64,000 nucleotides of DNA from Candidatus Poribacteria bacterium (lineage in GTDB: Bacteria > Poribacteria > WGA-4E > WGA-3G): NCBI GenBank assembly GCA_965214095.1, contig OZ243938.1:1888001-1952000 (forward strand), written 5' to 3'. Position numbers and translations under genes: made by a program. Shown piece after piece: positions 51,601 to 60,822 of the stretch. The notes under the pieces were generated by a model that had not been told where the DNA came from, made no database searches, and saw only the letters and a list, made by a program, of their open reading frames with translations. Positions within the stretch are counted from its first letter, which is position 1; every line of letters begins with the position of its first letter.

Positions 51601-51885
51601 AACAAAAACGAGCGATAATCCAATTGCAGACGATGAACGAACACGAGATACATCAGGAGCACCGTTCATTGAACTTTCAATCGGTAATGTTACCAGTGTT
51701 TCCATCTCCTCTGGCGACCATCCATGTGCTTCGGTTAGGACAGTAATACGTGGTGGATTAATATCAGGGTACACATCAATCGGGGCAGTTTGGAACATCC
51801 TGAAACCAATAATGCCCGCAGCGATAAGTCCACAAACAACAAGGAGTCTATTCCTAAGTGAAACTTCAGTGATTTTTGACCACAT
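48607..51885 (-). CDS. Heavy-metal efflux RND permease (CusA/CzcA family)
   Basis: IDVYPDI, LNIMTLAGLAIAVGMVVDDAIV, GIEGRMFRP, GIAVRNGI, PVLMTA. Confidence 0.95.
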   Translation of the reverse strand: MWSKITEVSLRNRLLVVCGLIAAGIIGFRMFQTAPIDVYPDINPPRITVLTEAHGWSPEEMETLVTLPIESSMNGAPDVSRVRSSSAIGLSLVFVEFEWGMDIFLARQMVNERLQLVGPNLPEGVDTPIILPTSSLLGEIMEYALVDESSEDNKLDPMEMRDIADWIIRYRLQSQGGIANVINLGGYVKQFQVFVNPERLVSYGISLEDVAHALEKSNDNAAGGFLIKGAKELMIRGLGRIESVEDIENVVIDVREHNTPVLVKDIATVKIGTLPEIRRGAGSRNGEETVLGKVVKQPGINTLTLSDSVEAELASLEETLPDGVKVEVEYAQADLIRRAVDTVKEALRDGAILVVIVLIIFLFNIRTALITLTAIPLSLIIAIIVLLLQGGTLNIMTLAGLAIAVGMVVDDAIVYVENIFRRLQEYFHLRELGNESTETPTQVVTRASDEMRVSIVFATLIIILVFLPLFSLSGIEGRMFRPLGWAVVISMAASLFVALTVVPVLSDLLLGRVRDIPLQDTIPGVDRTQKRGMFGWIRSISNFFRNLVVQWRLFVVALAPDSDVETALTLQPVVMWIKHVYRPILALVIRLRWLVVTVALILVILTVVSIPRLGREFLPVMDEATFTISVLSPPGTSLGESTRIGREMEIKLKNEISDVISVSSRTGRAEADEHAHDVNTHEIVVNFKPPDDREKTREDLLEEVRELLSTENFPGVLVSVGQPIQHRLDHLLSGVSAQVALKLFGPDLDMLRQKAQEIEGVLSNIDGVADLHVEQQVMVDQLQIKVKRFEAARYGLSVQDITHFAEAAFKGETVSQIIQGQRQYDLVVRIDPTLVKTVESFGSLKLKTPSGAFIPLRQVADINFGKGPNTINRENVSRRIVIQCNVQNRDLGNFITEVQDKIESQIDIPEEYFLTYGGQFESQQRAQRRIIIQTGFVLIGIVILLFLALGSMKLTLLVILNLPLALIGGVVSVFLTGGVLSIPSMVGFILLFGIAVRNGIILVSHINALRSEGMSLYDAVMKGASERISPVLMTAMTTGLGMLPLALAHGSGAELQKPLAIVISGGMITATFLTLLVLPALYYLVEKRSAEE

Positions 51886-51910
51886 AGATTTACCTCATTT
51901 CCTTTGAAAA

Positions 51911-53806
51911 CTAATGTGCATGTCCAGCATGTGGATCATCTACAATAGCTGTGCCTGCTGATGCTCTCATGAGTTGATGTGTTCCTTGGATGACTACCAT
52001 CTCACCTGCATGCACACCGTCTTTGATTTCAATATACTGGTCATCTTTTACTCCAACTTTTACTTCATGCTTGAGATATGCGTTATTAGATTCAACAAAC
52101 ACTATCTGTGTAGCACCATCTTCTATGACTGCACTTAACGGTACTGACAGGACATCATCTATCTTGTCTATAATAAGGGTCTGTTCGGCAAACATTCCCG
52201 GTTTCAGTTGACGATTGGAATTATCTACCTCTGTCCAAAAATGTACTGTGCGTTTTTCTGGGTCTACCTCCGCAGAAATTTGGGATATCTTACCCGTGAA
52301 TACTATTCCTGAATAGGCGGGTACACGAATTCGCACTTCACTACCTACATCCCACTTGTTGTGCAAAAGTGCAAGTGAGTCTTCATAGGCTTCACCTTCA
52401 ACCCAAACAACATCGGTATCAAGTATTGAAAATAAAGTGCTGTTTCTGTCAACGGTTTCGCCGAGTGATACATCTTGCTTGGTGATTTTTCCGGTGGCTG
52501 GAGTTGTTACATATAATCGGGAATAGGGTTTTCCTGTTTGGATTATCTTATCAATTTCCTCTGATGTCATACCATACACTTCAAGTTTCTGTTTCACCTT
52601 TTGCAATACAATGGCAGCGTTACGCTGTGCCTCTTCCGTTTGTAGCAACGCTTCTAAAGTCTCAGAATTCGTCATGAAGGGCGCGTAGTTTTCAATTAAT
52701 GCATCTATTGTGATGTCACTAAATGAAGCGATCTTGCCGGTATCCATCAGTGTCTTCAGTTGCATTTCTGACAATCCTGCAGCTAATGCGCGTTGTTTGT
52801 GTGCATTAACTTTGATTTCAGCCAAATTGAATGCTGTTTCTGCATCTACAAGTCCAGTTGCCTCTTCTATGAGTGAAATATATTTTAATGCTGGATGACC
52901 ATCTTCTTTATTTGAAACAGAATTAACTTGTCCAGTATCTTTCCTATCCTGATGAAGCAGTTTAAGGATAGGTGTTTTTCCATCATCGTCAAGTATCTTC
53001 TGAAGCAGCTGATCATTGACACCAAGCAATCGGAATTGCCGTTTTCCACCAGCAAATGCATTTATCGCTTTCGTGTATTCTGCTTTACGTGCCACAAGTT
53101 CCTTCTGTGCAGAGATTCGCATCTCGGTGAGGGATTCAATACGTTCCAGCGTGTTCTTAAGCAATTTCCGTTCAACATCGGCTATGATCAGGTCAACACG
53201 CATCTGTTCCAATGCGGAAACAGTCTTGGCAATAGCAAGTGATCTGTGCTTAAGATATGCTGTTTTCTGCTGTTGCATTTCCGCAATTGATTCCAGATAG
53301 TCAATCTGTCGGGTTTGTAGTTCCAGACGAATCTGTTTGGCAAATACAGATCTCTGTTTTGCTGATTTGGATTCTAATGATTTCTGTTGCCGCACTGCTT
53401 CTATGAGATCAATCTCTGCCAATTGCAGGTCAAGACTCTCTAATTCAAGTAAGACATCTCCTTCCTTAACCGCATCACCGAGGTTGAAATGGATTCGTTT
53501 TACGATTCCACCAATCCGAGGTGTGACAATTGCTTGTCTTCCAGGATGTGCAATTATATTACCAGTAACTTGTACTACCTTTTCAATTGTATGTAGGTCT
53601 GCTTCAACAGTTTTCAAACCGATATTTGCTTTTGCCTTATCGGAGAGAATCACTTCGTTATCTTCAGTATGTGCTCCAGTTTCGTTGTTAACCTGTTCAT
53701 CTTCAGCAAAGATTTCTGTTATACTATAATCGGAAACATACAGGCTGCTTACTGCAAATACAAAAATGACGAACAATAGCCATGAATAACAAAATGGGCG
53801 TAGCAT
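51911..53806 (-). CDS. RND periplasmic adaptor (CzcB/CusB family), unusually long
   Basis: Lipoyl halves (GDAVKEGDVL ... TPATGKI...GETV), LKPGMF, C-terminal DPHAGHAH; about 330-aa helical insert. Confidence 0.88.
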   Translation of the reverse strand: MLRPFCYSWLLFVIFVFAVSSLYVSDYSITEIFAEDEQVNNETGAHTEDNEVILSDKAKANIGLKTVEADLHTIEKVVQVTGNIIAHPGRQAIVTPRIGGIVKRIHFNLGDAVKEGDVLLELESLDLQLAEIDLIEAVRQQKSLESKSAKQRSVFAKQIRLELQTRQIDYLESIAEMQQQKTAYLKHRSLAIAKTVSALEQMRVDLIIADVERKLLKNTLERIESLTEMRISAQKELVARKAEYTKAINAFAGGKRQFRLLGVNDQLLQKILDDDGKTPILKLLHQDRKDTGQVNSVSNKEDGHPALKYISLIEEATGLVDAETAFNLAEIKVNAHKQRALAAGLSEMQLKTLMDTGKIASFSDITIDALIENYAPFMTNSETLEALLQTEEAQRNAAIVLQKVKQKLEVYGMTSEEIDKIIQTGKPYSRLYVTTPATGKITKQDVSLGETVDRNSTLFSILDTDVVWVEGEAYEDSLALLHNKWDVGSEVRIRVPAYSGIVFTGKISQISAEVDPEKRTVHFWTEVDNSNRQLKPGMFAEQTLIIDKIDDVLSVPLSAVIEDGATQIVFVESNNAYLKHEVKVGVKDDQYIEIKDGVHAGEMVVIQGTHQLMRASAGTAIVDDPHAGHAH

Positions 53807-53856
53807 ACTATTTCTCCTTATGTGTTCTATGGATTTTTCTCATGCTGTTAAAACCA

Positions 53857-55101
53857 TTATTCAACCGAACTAATGGATGTTCCGATAGCAGTCTCAAGTG
53901 CAGCAAATGCTTTAATATAGGATGCAATCGCATCAAGATATGCAAATCGTGTTTTGACAAATTCGTTCTGTATCAATATAAGTTCAAAGAGTTGTGCTTC
54001 TCCCAATTCGTAAGCACTACGGGTACGTGTTAGATTTTCATTGAGTAACTTCATTAAATTGTCATCATAAAATTTCAGATTTTGTTGTGCAGCATTCAGA
54101 GAAAGATACGCTGCCATCACTTCACGAACAATCTGTCTTTCAATATTGCTAATTTGGGCATTATCCACATGCTTCTGTGCCTTTGCTGTATCAATCTTAG
54201 CACGATTCCAATCAAACAACGGCAACGGTATTGAAAACTTCACACCAAATCCCATCTGACTGGAACTACGTTCTGCAATACCGCCAATATTCAGATTTGG
54301 TATGTTTGCAGCTTTTGCAAGACGATATGTACTCTCTGTCAATTGTAAATCTAATTTCTGTGATTTCAGATCTGGACGGTGGGTGAGTGCGCGGGATTTC
54401 AAATCTTCAAGTTTCAAACTTCTTGACTTTATTTCATCATATTTTCCAGTGGCAGTAGGGGTCGCATCAAGAGGTGTTCCCATCAATCCATTTAGGTTAA
54501 GTTGTGCTAACTGCAAATCATTTTCTAATGTAGCATGTTCTCTTCGTGCAGATTGTAATTGAATGTTTGCCAGTCCTACTTGTGCCACAGGTATATCACC
54601 CGCAGCGAATTGAAACTGTACCATCTCAAACATCTGTTGATTGTGACCGATAATTTCTTTTGCTAATTTTAATTTCTCTTGGTTAAGAACAACTTGATAG
54701 AAAGCAAGTGTAATGGATTTTCTAAGCTTCCGCACTTCATCAGTAAGTTCAAGATTGACTTTTTCAAGGTTTATCTTTGCTATCTGTTTACGGTGTCTAC
54801 GTTGTCCACCGAGTTCAAAGGATTTTGTTAATTCAAGGATTTGTTCTGCATCTTCGCCTCCGATAAATTCGCTTTCTAATTCAGGATTGCTTAGCAGTGC
54901 GATACCGTCAAGTTGTGCTTGTGCAACCTTAACTTTTTCACGGAGTGCCTTGAGTGCGGGGTTTTCCTGCACCGCAGTATTTATTGCTGATTCAAGTGTT
55001 ATTTTTTCATGTGAATCTGCCAATGTGTTCTCAAAGAATCCACATAAGACAAATATGCACATCACAATGAATGTGATAATTAAATGTAATCTGTTTTTCA
55101 T
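53857..55101 (-). CDS. TolC-family outer-membrane efflux protein (CzcC-like)
   Basis: AVQENP, NPEL, FELGGQR, SIPLPLFDWN, AYELGE. Start at ATG 55101 after GAGGAG. Confidence 0.92.
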   Translation of the reverse strand: MKNRLHLIITFIVMCIFVLCGFFENTLADSHEKITLESAINTAVQENPALKALREKVKVAQAQLDGIALLSNPELESEFIGGEDAEQILELTKSFELGGQRRHRKQIAKINLEKVNLELTDEVRKLRKSITLAFYQVVLNQEKLKLAKEIIGHNQQMFEMVQFQFAAGDIPVAQVGLANIQLQSARREHATLENDLQLAQLNLNGLMGTPLDATPTATGKYDEIKSRSLKLEDLKSRALTHRPDLKSQKLDLQLTESTYRLAKAANIPNLNIGGIAERSSSQMGFGVKFSIPLPLFDWNRAKIDTAKAQKHVDNAQISNIERQIVREVMAAYLSLNAAQQNLKFYDDNLMKLLNENLTRTRSAYELGEAQLFELILIQNEFVKTRFAYLDAIASYIKAFAALETAIGTSISSVE

Positions 55102-55307
55102 CTGTATTGTGCTCCTCACAAGATTGATGATATAAATACACACGGGTAATCGAATAAAACAGTGATGTAGATTACATCCCGATAACCACGTAATTTTATA
55201 TATTAGTTTTCAGCGAGGCATTAACGTTAATGCAATACCTATCTGAATACAATAATAGTTCTTGTAGAATTTCTCTTTATATAATGCATGAATTGCACAT
55301 GGAAAGA

Positions 55308-55751
55308 TCAAATGAGCAGCAATACAGTACGGAGAGTAATTAGAGTGGGGTTTATAAATGGTGGAATATCAGAAGCGTGGTTGTTAGAAAGATTGAGAGT
55401 ATTACTTGAATGATATGCAGGCAGTGTATATGAGGATGGGGCGGCGTGAAGCTGCGGCACTTCATTGTTTGAGATAATGTATAATTCACTGTTCAGAGAT
55501 GCAAAGATAGGTAAGTCAACACAATCGCCACAGTGGTCATCATCAGATTCAGAATGCACTCCATCGTGATCTTCATTATGGGATGGAATGTCAGTACAAC
55601 TCCCGTTGATAGCGAATTCTAATTCAACATGTCCATCCTCACCAATGCATAAGACATAGTTTGACAACTGCATCGGTATCACAGCAGAATAGACGAATAG
55701 ACAGAATAGGGTGATAATGAATGTGTTTTTTCGTATCTTTAGAAATGTCAT
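55308..55751 (-). CDS. Small secreted His/Cys-rich protein heading the metal-efflux operon
   Basis: VLCIGEDGHVELE, HNEDHDGVH..DDDHCGDCVD, C-terminal LRTVLLLI. Confidence 0.7.
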   Translation of the reverse strand: MTFLKIRKNTFIITLFCLFVYSAVIPMQLSNYVLCIGEDGHVELEFAINGSCTDIPSHNEDHDGVHSESDDDHCGDCVDLPIFASLNSELYIISNNEVPQLHAAPSSYTLPAYHSSNTLNLSNNHASDIPPFINPTLITLRTVLLLI

Positions 55752-55809
55752 CAGCTAATTTCTCTGATATATTACAAAGTTGGATTTAGATCTGTTGTTT
55801 ATTGTTTCA

Positions 55810-55838
55810 AGTATATACTATATTTTATTTGTTGTCAA
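55810..55838 (-). promoter_or_regulatory. Putative sigma70 promoter of the metal-efflux operon
   Basis: TTGACA-N17-TATACT. Confidence 0.65.
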
Positions 55839-55868
55839 GCAGAATGTTGGAATCGGACTGATAGATAA

Positions 55869-56195
55869 TCATAGTGCAACATCTAACGTCTTTAGGCGAT
55901 CTTGCCGTTTCTTCCAATCTGGTAGATATGTAGACATATACCCCTTAAACAACTGACCGTGATTCGGTACGAGCAGATGTACCAATTCATGCACAATCAC
56001 AAATTCTGTCAACGTTTCTGGCAGATTTAACAGTTCCGTGTTGAGCGTCAATCTGCCGTTGGTTGAAATAGATGCCCATTTTTTTCGCATTGAACGCAGA
56101 TGTACCTCCCGCACTGTGACACCGATACGTTCTGCCCACTGCTCTACTGCACCTTTCAAATCTGTTGGGTTATCCAATACCTTTTCGGTTTTCAT
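55869..56195 (-). CDS. YgjP/DUF45-like zinc metalloprotease (short form)
   Basis: MRKKWAS, VIVHELVHL..PNH...F (HExxH); ATGA-coupled to hsdR. Confidence 0.85.
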   Translation of the reverse strand: MKTEKVLDNPTDLKGAVEQWAERIGVTVREVHLRSMRKKWASISTNGRLTLNTELLNLPETLTEFVIVHELVHLLVPNHGQLFKGYMSTYLPDWKKRQDRLKTLDVAL

Positions 56196-59047
56196 ACCCG
56201 TTTCAACTTCAGTAACTTGTTTGTTGTTTCAATGAGATTATTTGTTCCAATTGTTGGGCTCAATGTCTTATACAACATACTACGTAACGCTTTCGCTTGG
56301 TGTTCGTCCCACTGATGGTCTGGATATTTTTCAAAGATTTGATTGACAGACTGTGCTTGTTCAGGCGTAATATTGTCTTTAACATTTCTTAGTACAGTAA
56401 AAATAGCATAGGCGTTATCGCCTAATTCAGTATCGTTTTGTTCTCTTTCTGCGCGTGAGATTTCTATAGCATACTTCATGAACTCAGTTAATGCATCTTT
56501 TGTACCTAACTGACGATTGTCCAAATTTTCTATAACTGCTTCTGTGCGTTCGCCAATTGGGATCAGGAAAGGTTTTGCTTCACTTTCATTTGCAACTGTT
56601 CTCCGTAATACTTTCCGCAAATTCAACACTTTAACGGTATCAGATACATCACTCTGACTTAATTCCATCAAGCTTGTTTCGTTCAATTCATAAACATCAT
56701 CGGTGACATCTAACAAATTGCCTTCCGTTTCTGTCTGTAAAAGTTCCTGCGTTTTAGCTACCAACTCTTTATCAACAGGAATATTATCTGAATATTTATT
56801 GCGAATCAATCTATATAGGGATGCTAAGGCTTTGTAGTCCTCTAAAAATGGGTGTAAGAAGGGGTCAGGGGATATGATGTTGTAGAGATTCTGTAACTGT
56901 TTGAAGAACGTGAAAAATGTCTCTCGGTCATCCTTATCTGCAAAATATTCAATAGCACGTTTTATTGCTTTATCGTCGGTTCCTTCGGTTCCTTCGGTAA
57001 GGGGTAGATACTTCTGCGCGTCTCCTTGCATCATTTCCTTAAATCTGTCTTTGATTTCATCAATGTTTTGAAGGACGCTTTCCACTTCGTCCGAATCAAA
57101 AGCGAGTGCCTTTTCTAATTTCTCAAAAATACCAACAAAATCTAATACAAACCCCGCAGGTTTTACTAATCCATCATCATCTTCATAAGGTCTGTTAACA
57201 CGTGCAATTGCCTGTAATAACACATGGTCACGCATCGGTTTGTCAAGATACATGCAGTAAAGGATAGGAGCATCGTACCCCGTCAACAATTTTTGGGTTA
57301 CAATCAAGATTTTAGGTTGTGAATTTTTGTCAATGAAATTTTTACGTATCTCCTTTTCCTGCTCATCCGACAGGTGATAGTTTTTCATCAACTCGTTATC
57401 GCTATTGTTTTTAGAATACACAACCGTCGAATATTCGGTGGGTAGGTATTTATCTAATTCCTGTTTGTATAGTGCACACGCCTCGCGGTCAACACCGACT
57501 AGAAATGCCTTGAAGTCTTCTGCGACAAATTTAGCAATTGCCTCAACTCTGTTAGGTGCTTTCATTATCACTTTTAGACTTACTGCGTCGTCAAGGATTG
57601 CATTGAGTTCATCTGGATCACTTATCCCTTCCGCTGCTGCAAGGCTTAGAAATTCACTGTCCAATGTCTCTGGATCAATTCGTAAATTTGATGGAGCAAG
57701 AGCATAATTCAAACTTAGTGTTGTGCCGTCTTCAATAGATTCAGCAATTCCATATTTATCAAGGTATCCCTTCTCGTCGTCCTTACCGAATACCTTAAAA
57801 GTTCCTTCGCCTTTTGATAGAGTATCAATCGGTGTTCCTGTAAATCCGATGTAGGTTGCATTTGGTATAGCGGCCATCAGGTAATTCCCAAAGTCCCCAC
57901 CTGTGGTTCTATGTGCCTCGTCTATTAACACAACTGTATTCTCGTGAGTGTTAAGATTGGCAGGTCTCTTATCAAACTTGTGAATCGTGGATACAATCAA
58001 ACCACGATAACCTGATGATAAGATACTTTCAAGGTTATTTCTGCTCTGGGCAACTTCAAGTGTAGTTATTCCGTAAGCGTTTATGTTTTTAAAGAGTTGA
58101 CTTTCTAATTCATTGCGGTCAACCACCATCAACACAGTAGGTTTTTCAGTTTGCTCTCCACCTCGTAAGAGTCTTGATGCAATTGAAATCATGGTGAGGG
58201 TTTTACCACTGCCCTGTGTATGCCAGATAAGTCCGTGCTGTTTAGCAGTATCATTAACTCGATCAATCACTTTTTCTACTGCCCGTGTCTGATGTTGACG
58301 TAAGACAACTTTAGAAAGTTTCTCGTCTCTGCTCTGAAAAATTACAAATCGATGCAATACTTGAAGTATACGTTCACGGTCAAAAAAAGTTTTCACCTTC
58401 TGCTCATAGTTTGCAGATTCGTCCGATTTCCAATTGAAGATATTTTTTCGGTTGGTGTTCCATGTCACACTATAGAGAAGATTCAGCATGTCGGTGACAG
58501 CGAAGAGTTGTGCAGTGGTAAACATTTCAGGCGTTTCGTTGTGGTATCGGAAAATTTGATCTACTCCATCTTCTAACCCGTCCCGTTTGTCAGCAGGTTT
58601 CGTCTCAACAACTGTAACAGGAATCCCATTAATGAGGAGGACAACATCCGCACGGTTGGTGTAGACAACTCCTTTCTGTTCCCATTCATCGGTAACATGA
58701 AATAGGTTATTGTCAGGATGCTCAAAATCAATGAGGGTAATGTTACGTTGGCGGTTTTCACTGTGAACGAAAGTTGATTCCTTACCGTGCATCCATGAGA
58801 TTGCGTCCTGATTTCCCTCAAGTGTTGCTTTAAGTGAATCAAGGCGGCGTATAACGTCATCACAGTTAGAATCGTCTATAATTCCCTTGTTAAGTTTTTT
58901 GAGTTGGGCATTCAGTACATCTGTAAAATAAAGCCCGAAGATATTACCACCACGTAGTTGCATGGCTTCTGCTCTGGACACGCGCGTCCATCCGATTTCA
59001 TTAGCATATTTGAGTAGTGGTTCTTGGACTGCAGATCGTTCAGGCAT
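56192..59047 (-). CDS. hsdR: Type I restriction enzyme R subunit
   Basis: RADVVLLINGIP..VETK nuclease motif, WHTQGSGKT, DEAHR, GFTGTP, LLTGYDAP, QAIARVNR. Alternative TTG start at 59059. Confidence 0.95.
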   Translation of the reverse strand: MPERSAVQEPLLKYANEIGWTRVSRAEAMQLRGGNIFGLYFTDVLNAQLKKLNKGIIDDSNCDDVIRRLDSLKATLEGNQDAISWMHGKESTFVHSENRQRNITLIDFEHPDNNLFHVTDEWEQKGVVYTNRADVVLLINGIPVTVVETKPADKRDGLEDGVDQIFRYHNETPEMFTTAQLFAVTDMLNLLYSVTWNTNRKNIFNWKSDESANYEQKVKTFFDRERILQVLHRFVIFQSRDEKLSKVVLRQHQTRAVEKVIDRVNDTAKQHGLIWHTQGSGKTLTMISIASRLLRGGEQTEKPTVLMVVDRNELESQLFKNINAYGITTLEVAQSRNNLESILSSGYRGLIVSTIHKFDKRPANLNTHENTVVLIDEAHRTTGGDFGNYLMAAIPNATYIGFTGTPIDTLSKGEGTFKVFGKDDEKGYLDKYGIAESIEDGTTLSLNYALAPSNLRIDPETLDSEFLSLAAAEGISDPDELNAILDDAVSLKVIMKAPNRVEAIAKFVAEDFKAFLVGVDREACALYKQELDKYLPTEYSTVVYSKNNSDNELMKNYHLSDEQEKEIRKNFIDKNSQPKILIVTQKLLTGYDAPILYCMYLDKPMRDHVLLQAIARVNRPYEDDDGLVKPAGFVLDFVGIFEKLEKALAFDSDEVESVLQNIDEIKDRFKEMMQGDAQKYLPLTEGTEGTDDKAIKRAIEYFADKDDRETFFTFFKQLQNLYNIISPDPFLHPFLEDYKALASLYRLIRNKYSDNIPVDKELVAKTQELLQTETEGNLLDVTDDVYELNETSLMELSQSDVSDTVKVLNLRKVLRRTVANESEAKPFLIPIGERTEAVIENLDNRQLGTKDALTEFMKYAIEISRAEREQNDTELGDNAYAIFTVLRNVKDNITPEQAQSVNQIFEKYPDHQWDEHQAKALRSMLYKTLSPTIGTNNLIETTNKLLKLKRV

Positions 59048-59097
59048 AATCGTTTCCAAATGTCAATTAGAGTGATATAGTGTTGATACTTTTAGGT

Positions 59098-59166
59098 AAT
59101 TGGTAATTTTTTCTGTACACGGATCCTGTCTATGACTGGGTTTTTCCGATCAAAAAATTACCAATT
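59098..59166. repeat. 15-bp perfect inverted repeat upstream of hsdR
   Basis: AATTGGTAATTTTTT (59098-59112) / AAAAAATTACCAATT (59152-59166). Confidence 0.75.
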
Positions 59167-59210
59167 TTACCAATTAGTAATTTAACGTAAATTGAGTAAA
59201 TATCGGATAT

Positions 59211-59820
59211 TTATAGTGAACATTGAAATACTACTACTTCTAATAGATAAGGTGTCATTGTGCATTTGTAGGTTTATCTTCAGTTGTTGAATGTCCGAGG
59301 CGCAATGAATTGCGCGACTACGAACAACTATTTCTTTATTGGTATATTCTTTATTAGAAATGGTATTACAACTATTCTTAGAAAAACAAGGACATTCTTA
59401 CTGAGATCACGGTAACTCATTCCTGTTTCCATTTCTCTGTTTCTTAATATAAGGGGTACTAAAATTTTGAAAAACCCAAACATGCCGTAAAGCTGATGCC
59501 TACGCAATTCAGTCAAAATTACAGATGTTCATTTTTTTAGTACCCTCCCCTAATTTGCGAACTACAATTTATTGTCAGATTATACCATTTCTAAAAAATG
59601 ATTTTCTCTTTTCATTTAAATGTCCGAGGCGCAATGAATTGCGCGACTACGAACAGCTATTTCTTTACTGGTATATTCTTTATTAGAAATGGTATAAGGT
59701 ATCATTGTGCATTTGTAGGTTTATCTTCAGTTGCTGAATGTCCGAGGCGCAACGAATTGCGCGACTACGAACGCCGCAATTCTTAAGATAATTTTCACTT
59801 CATTTAATAATTCGCTATAA
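59211..59820. mobile_element. Composite/nested MITE cluster with three copies of a second GTAG-type REP
   Basis: Outer TTATAGTGAA / TTCGCTATAA; inner GGGTACTAAAA TIRs (59454-59545) and TATACCATTTCTAA TIRs (59581-59696); REP GTCCGAGGCGCAA(T/C)GAATTGCGCGACTACGAAC at 59293, 59622 and 59740. Confidence 0.7.
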
Positions 59821-59885
59821 ACACAAAGACCGGACACATCCTGCTCATTCGGTGGCATTCGCCGGAATACAATTGTCCTATCATT

Positions 59886-60527
59886 TTAATCTGTGTTGTT
59901 GCTTTTGGAAGTATCGGGTAATGCTTTTGGTGCCTCCGATGTATTGGGTAATGCTCCTTGTGCTTGGATATCTGCAGCTTCTATTTCTGCAACGATTAAC
60001 TGGCTATCAAGTGCGGGTAGGATATCAAACGTAGTTTCAGTTTCGGGTTGATGTGCCTCAGCTATGGATTGATACAACGAAACCGCAGTTGCAATATCTT
60101 TTGTGATAGATGCGTATTCTTTGATCGTTAGTCCTTCGTGGAAATTGAAACCTGTTTTTTCAAGAGCGAAGTTCAAATTATCTATATGCCTATCAAATGC
60201 ATTGAGTAAATTACTCCCCATAGAACGTACATAAGATAGACGTCCCTCACGATACACAGCACCGTACTTTTTGGTGCAAAACTTTTTATCATTTGGATTG
60301 CACGTGCGTATGGTTTCACGTAGAATAGATTTGGCATTCTCATCGTTCAAGTCTTCAGAAAACTCATATATCTCTTTATAATATTCAATTATACTGTCAA
60401 GTACATCGCCTATTTTAATTCCATTGCCGATAGCATACGCCACATATTCTCTCATACGCGTGGGTATTTTCTTTAGTTGTTCGGCGGTGAGTTCCTCTTT
60501 GTTTGTCTCCGTTGTCTTCTCTGACAT
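59886..60527 (-). CDS. Hypothetical helical protein (213 aa), cargo of the RM locus
   Basis: Start MSEKTT at 60527 with AAGGAG RBS; the ORF-track N-terminal extension is MITE sequence. Confidence 0.7.
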   Translation of the reverse strand: MSEKTTETNKEELTAEQLKKIPTRMREYVAYAIGNGIKIGDVLDSIIEYYKEIYEFSEDLNDENAKSILRETIRTCNPNDKKFCTKKYGAVYREGRLSYVRSMGSNLLNAFDRHIDNLNFALEKTGFNFHEGLTIKEYASITKDIATAVSLYQSIAEAHQPETETTFDILPALDSQLIVAEIEAADIQAQGALPNTSEAPKALPDTSKSNNTD

Positions 60528-60545
60528 TTTTGTTCTCCTTAATAA

Positions 60546-60636
60546 TATAGTGAAATGTAAAAACACGGGCACACTACTCGGTAGATTTGATTTCCTAACC
60601 GCGTCTTTGAAACTGAACAAACATCGGTTCGGTTAG
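60546..60636. mobile_element. Truncated, degenerate copy of the 45674-45811 MITE
   Basis: TATAGTGAAATGTAAAAA...GCACACT...CGGTAGAT...TTTCCTAACCGC...TGAACAAACA...GTTCGGTTAG aligns colinearly with 45674-45764. Confidence 0.75.
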
Positions 60637-60793
60637 ATAAAGATTAAGAATTAATATCGGCAATATGAGATCAAAGTCCAGCGCGCTTAGAAAGTGCCTA
60701 CGGGTTTTGAGTGAAAATTAGAATTACCGATTCACATTCCGCTCATACGATTAATAAATTTATAACATATCATCTATTTGATATGTTATATTT

Positions 60794-60822
60794 ATTTTAA
60801 CACATATATTTTAGGTTGTCAA
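60794..60822 (-). promoter_or_regulatory. Putative sigma70 promoter about 260 nt upstream of the 213-aa gene
   Basis: TTGACA, 17-nt spacer, extended TGnTAAAAT. Confidence 0.65.

Noticed and set aside
59293-59772. Three 33-bp palindromic repeats resembling a CRISPR array
   Set aside because: Spacing is irregular (about 296 and 85 bp), the intervening sequences are themselves repeated, and no cas genes are present. REP/MITE fits better.
60528-60620. N-terminal 31 aa of the 244-aa ORF
   Set aside because: Largely MITE sequence; the RBS supports ATG 60527.
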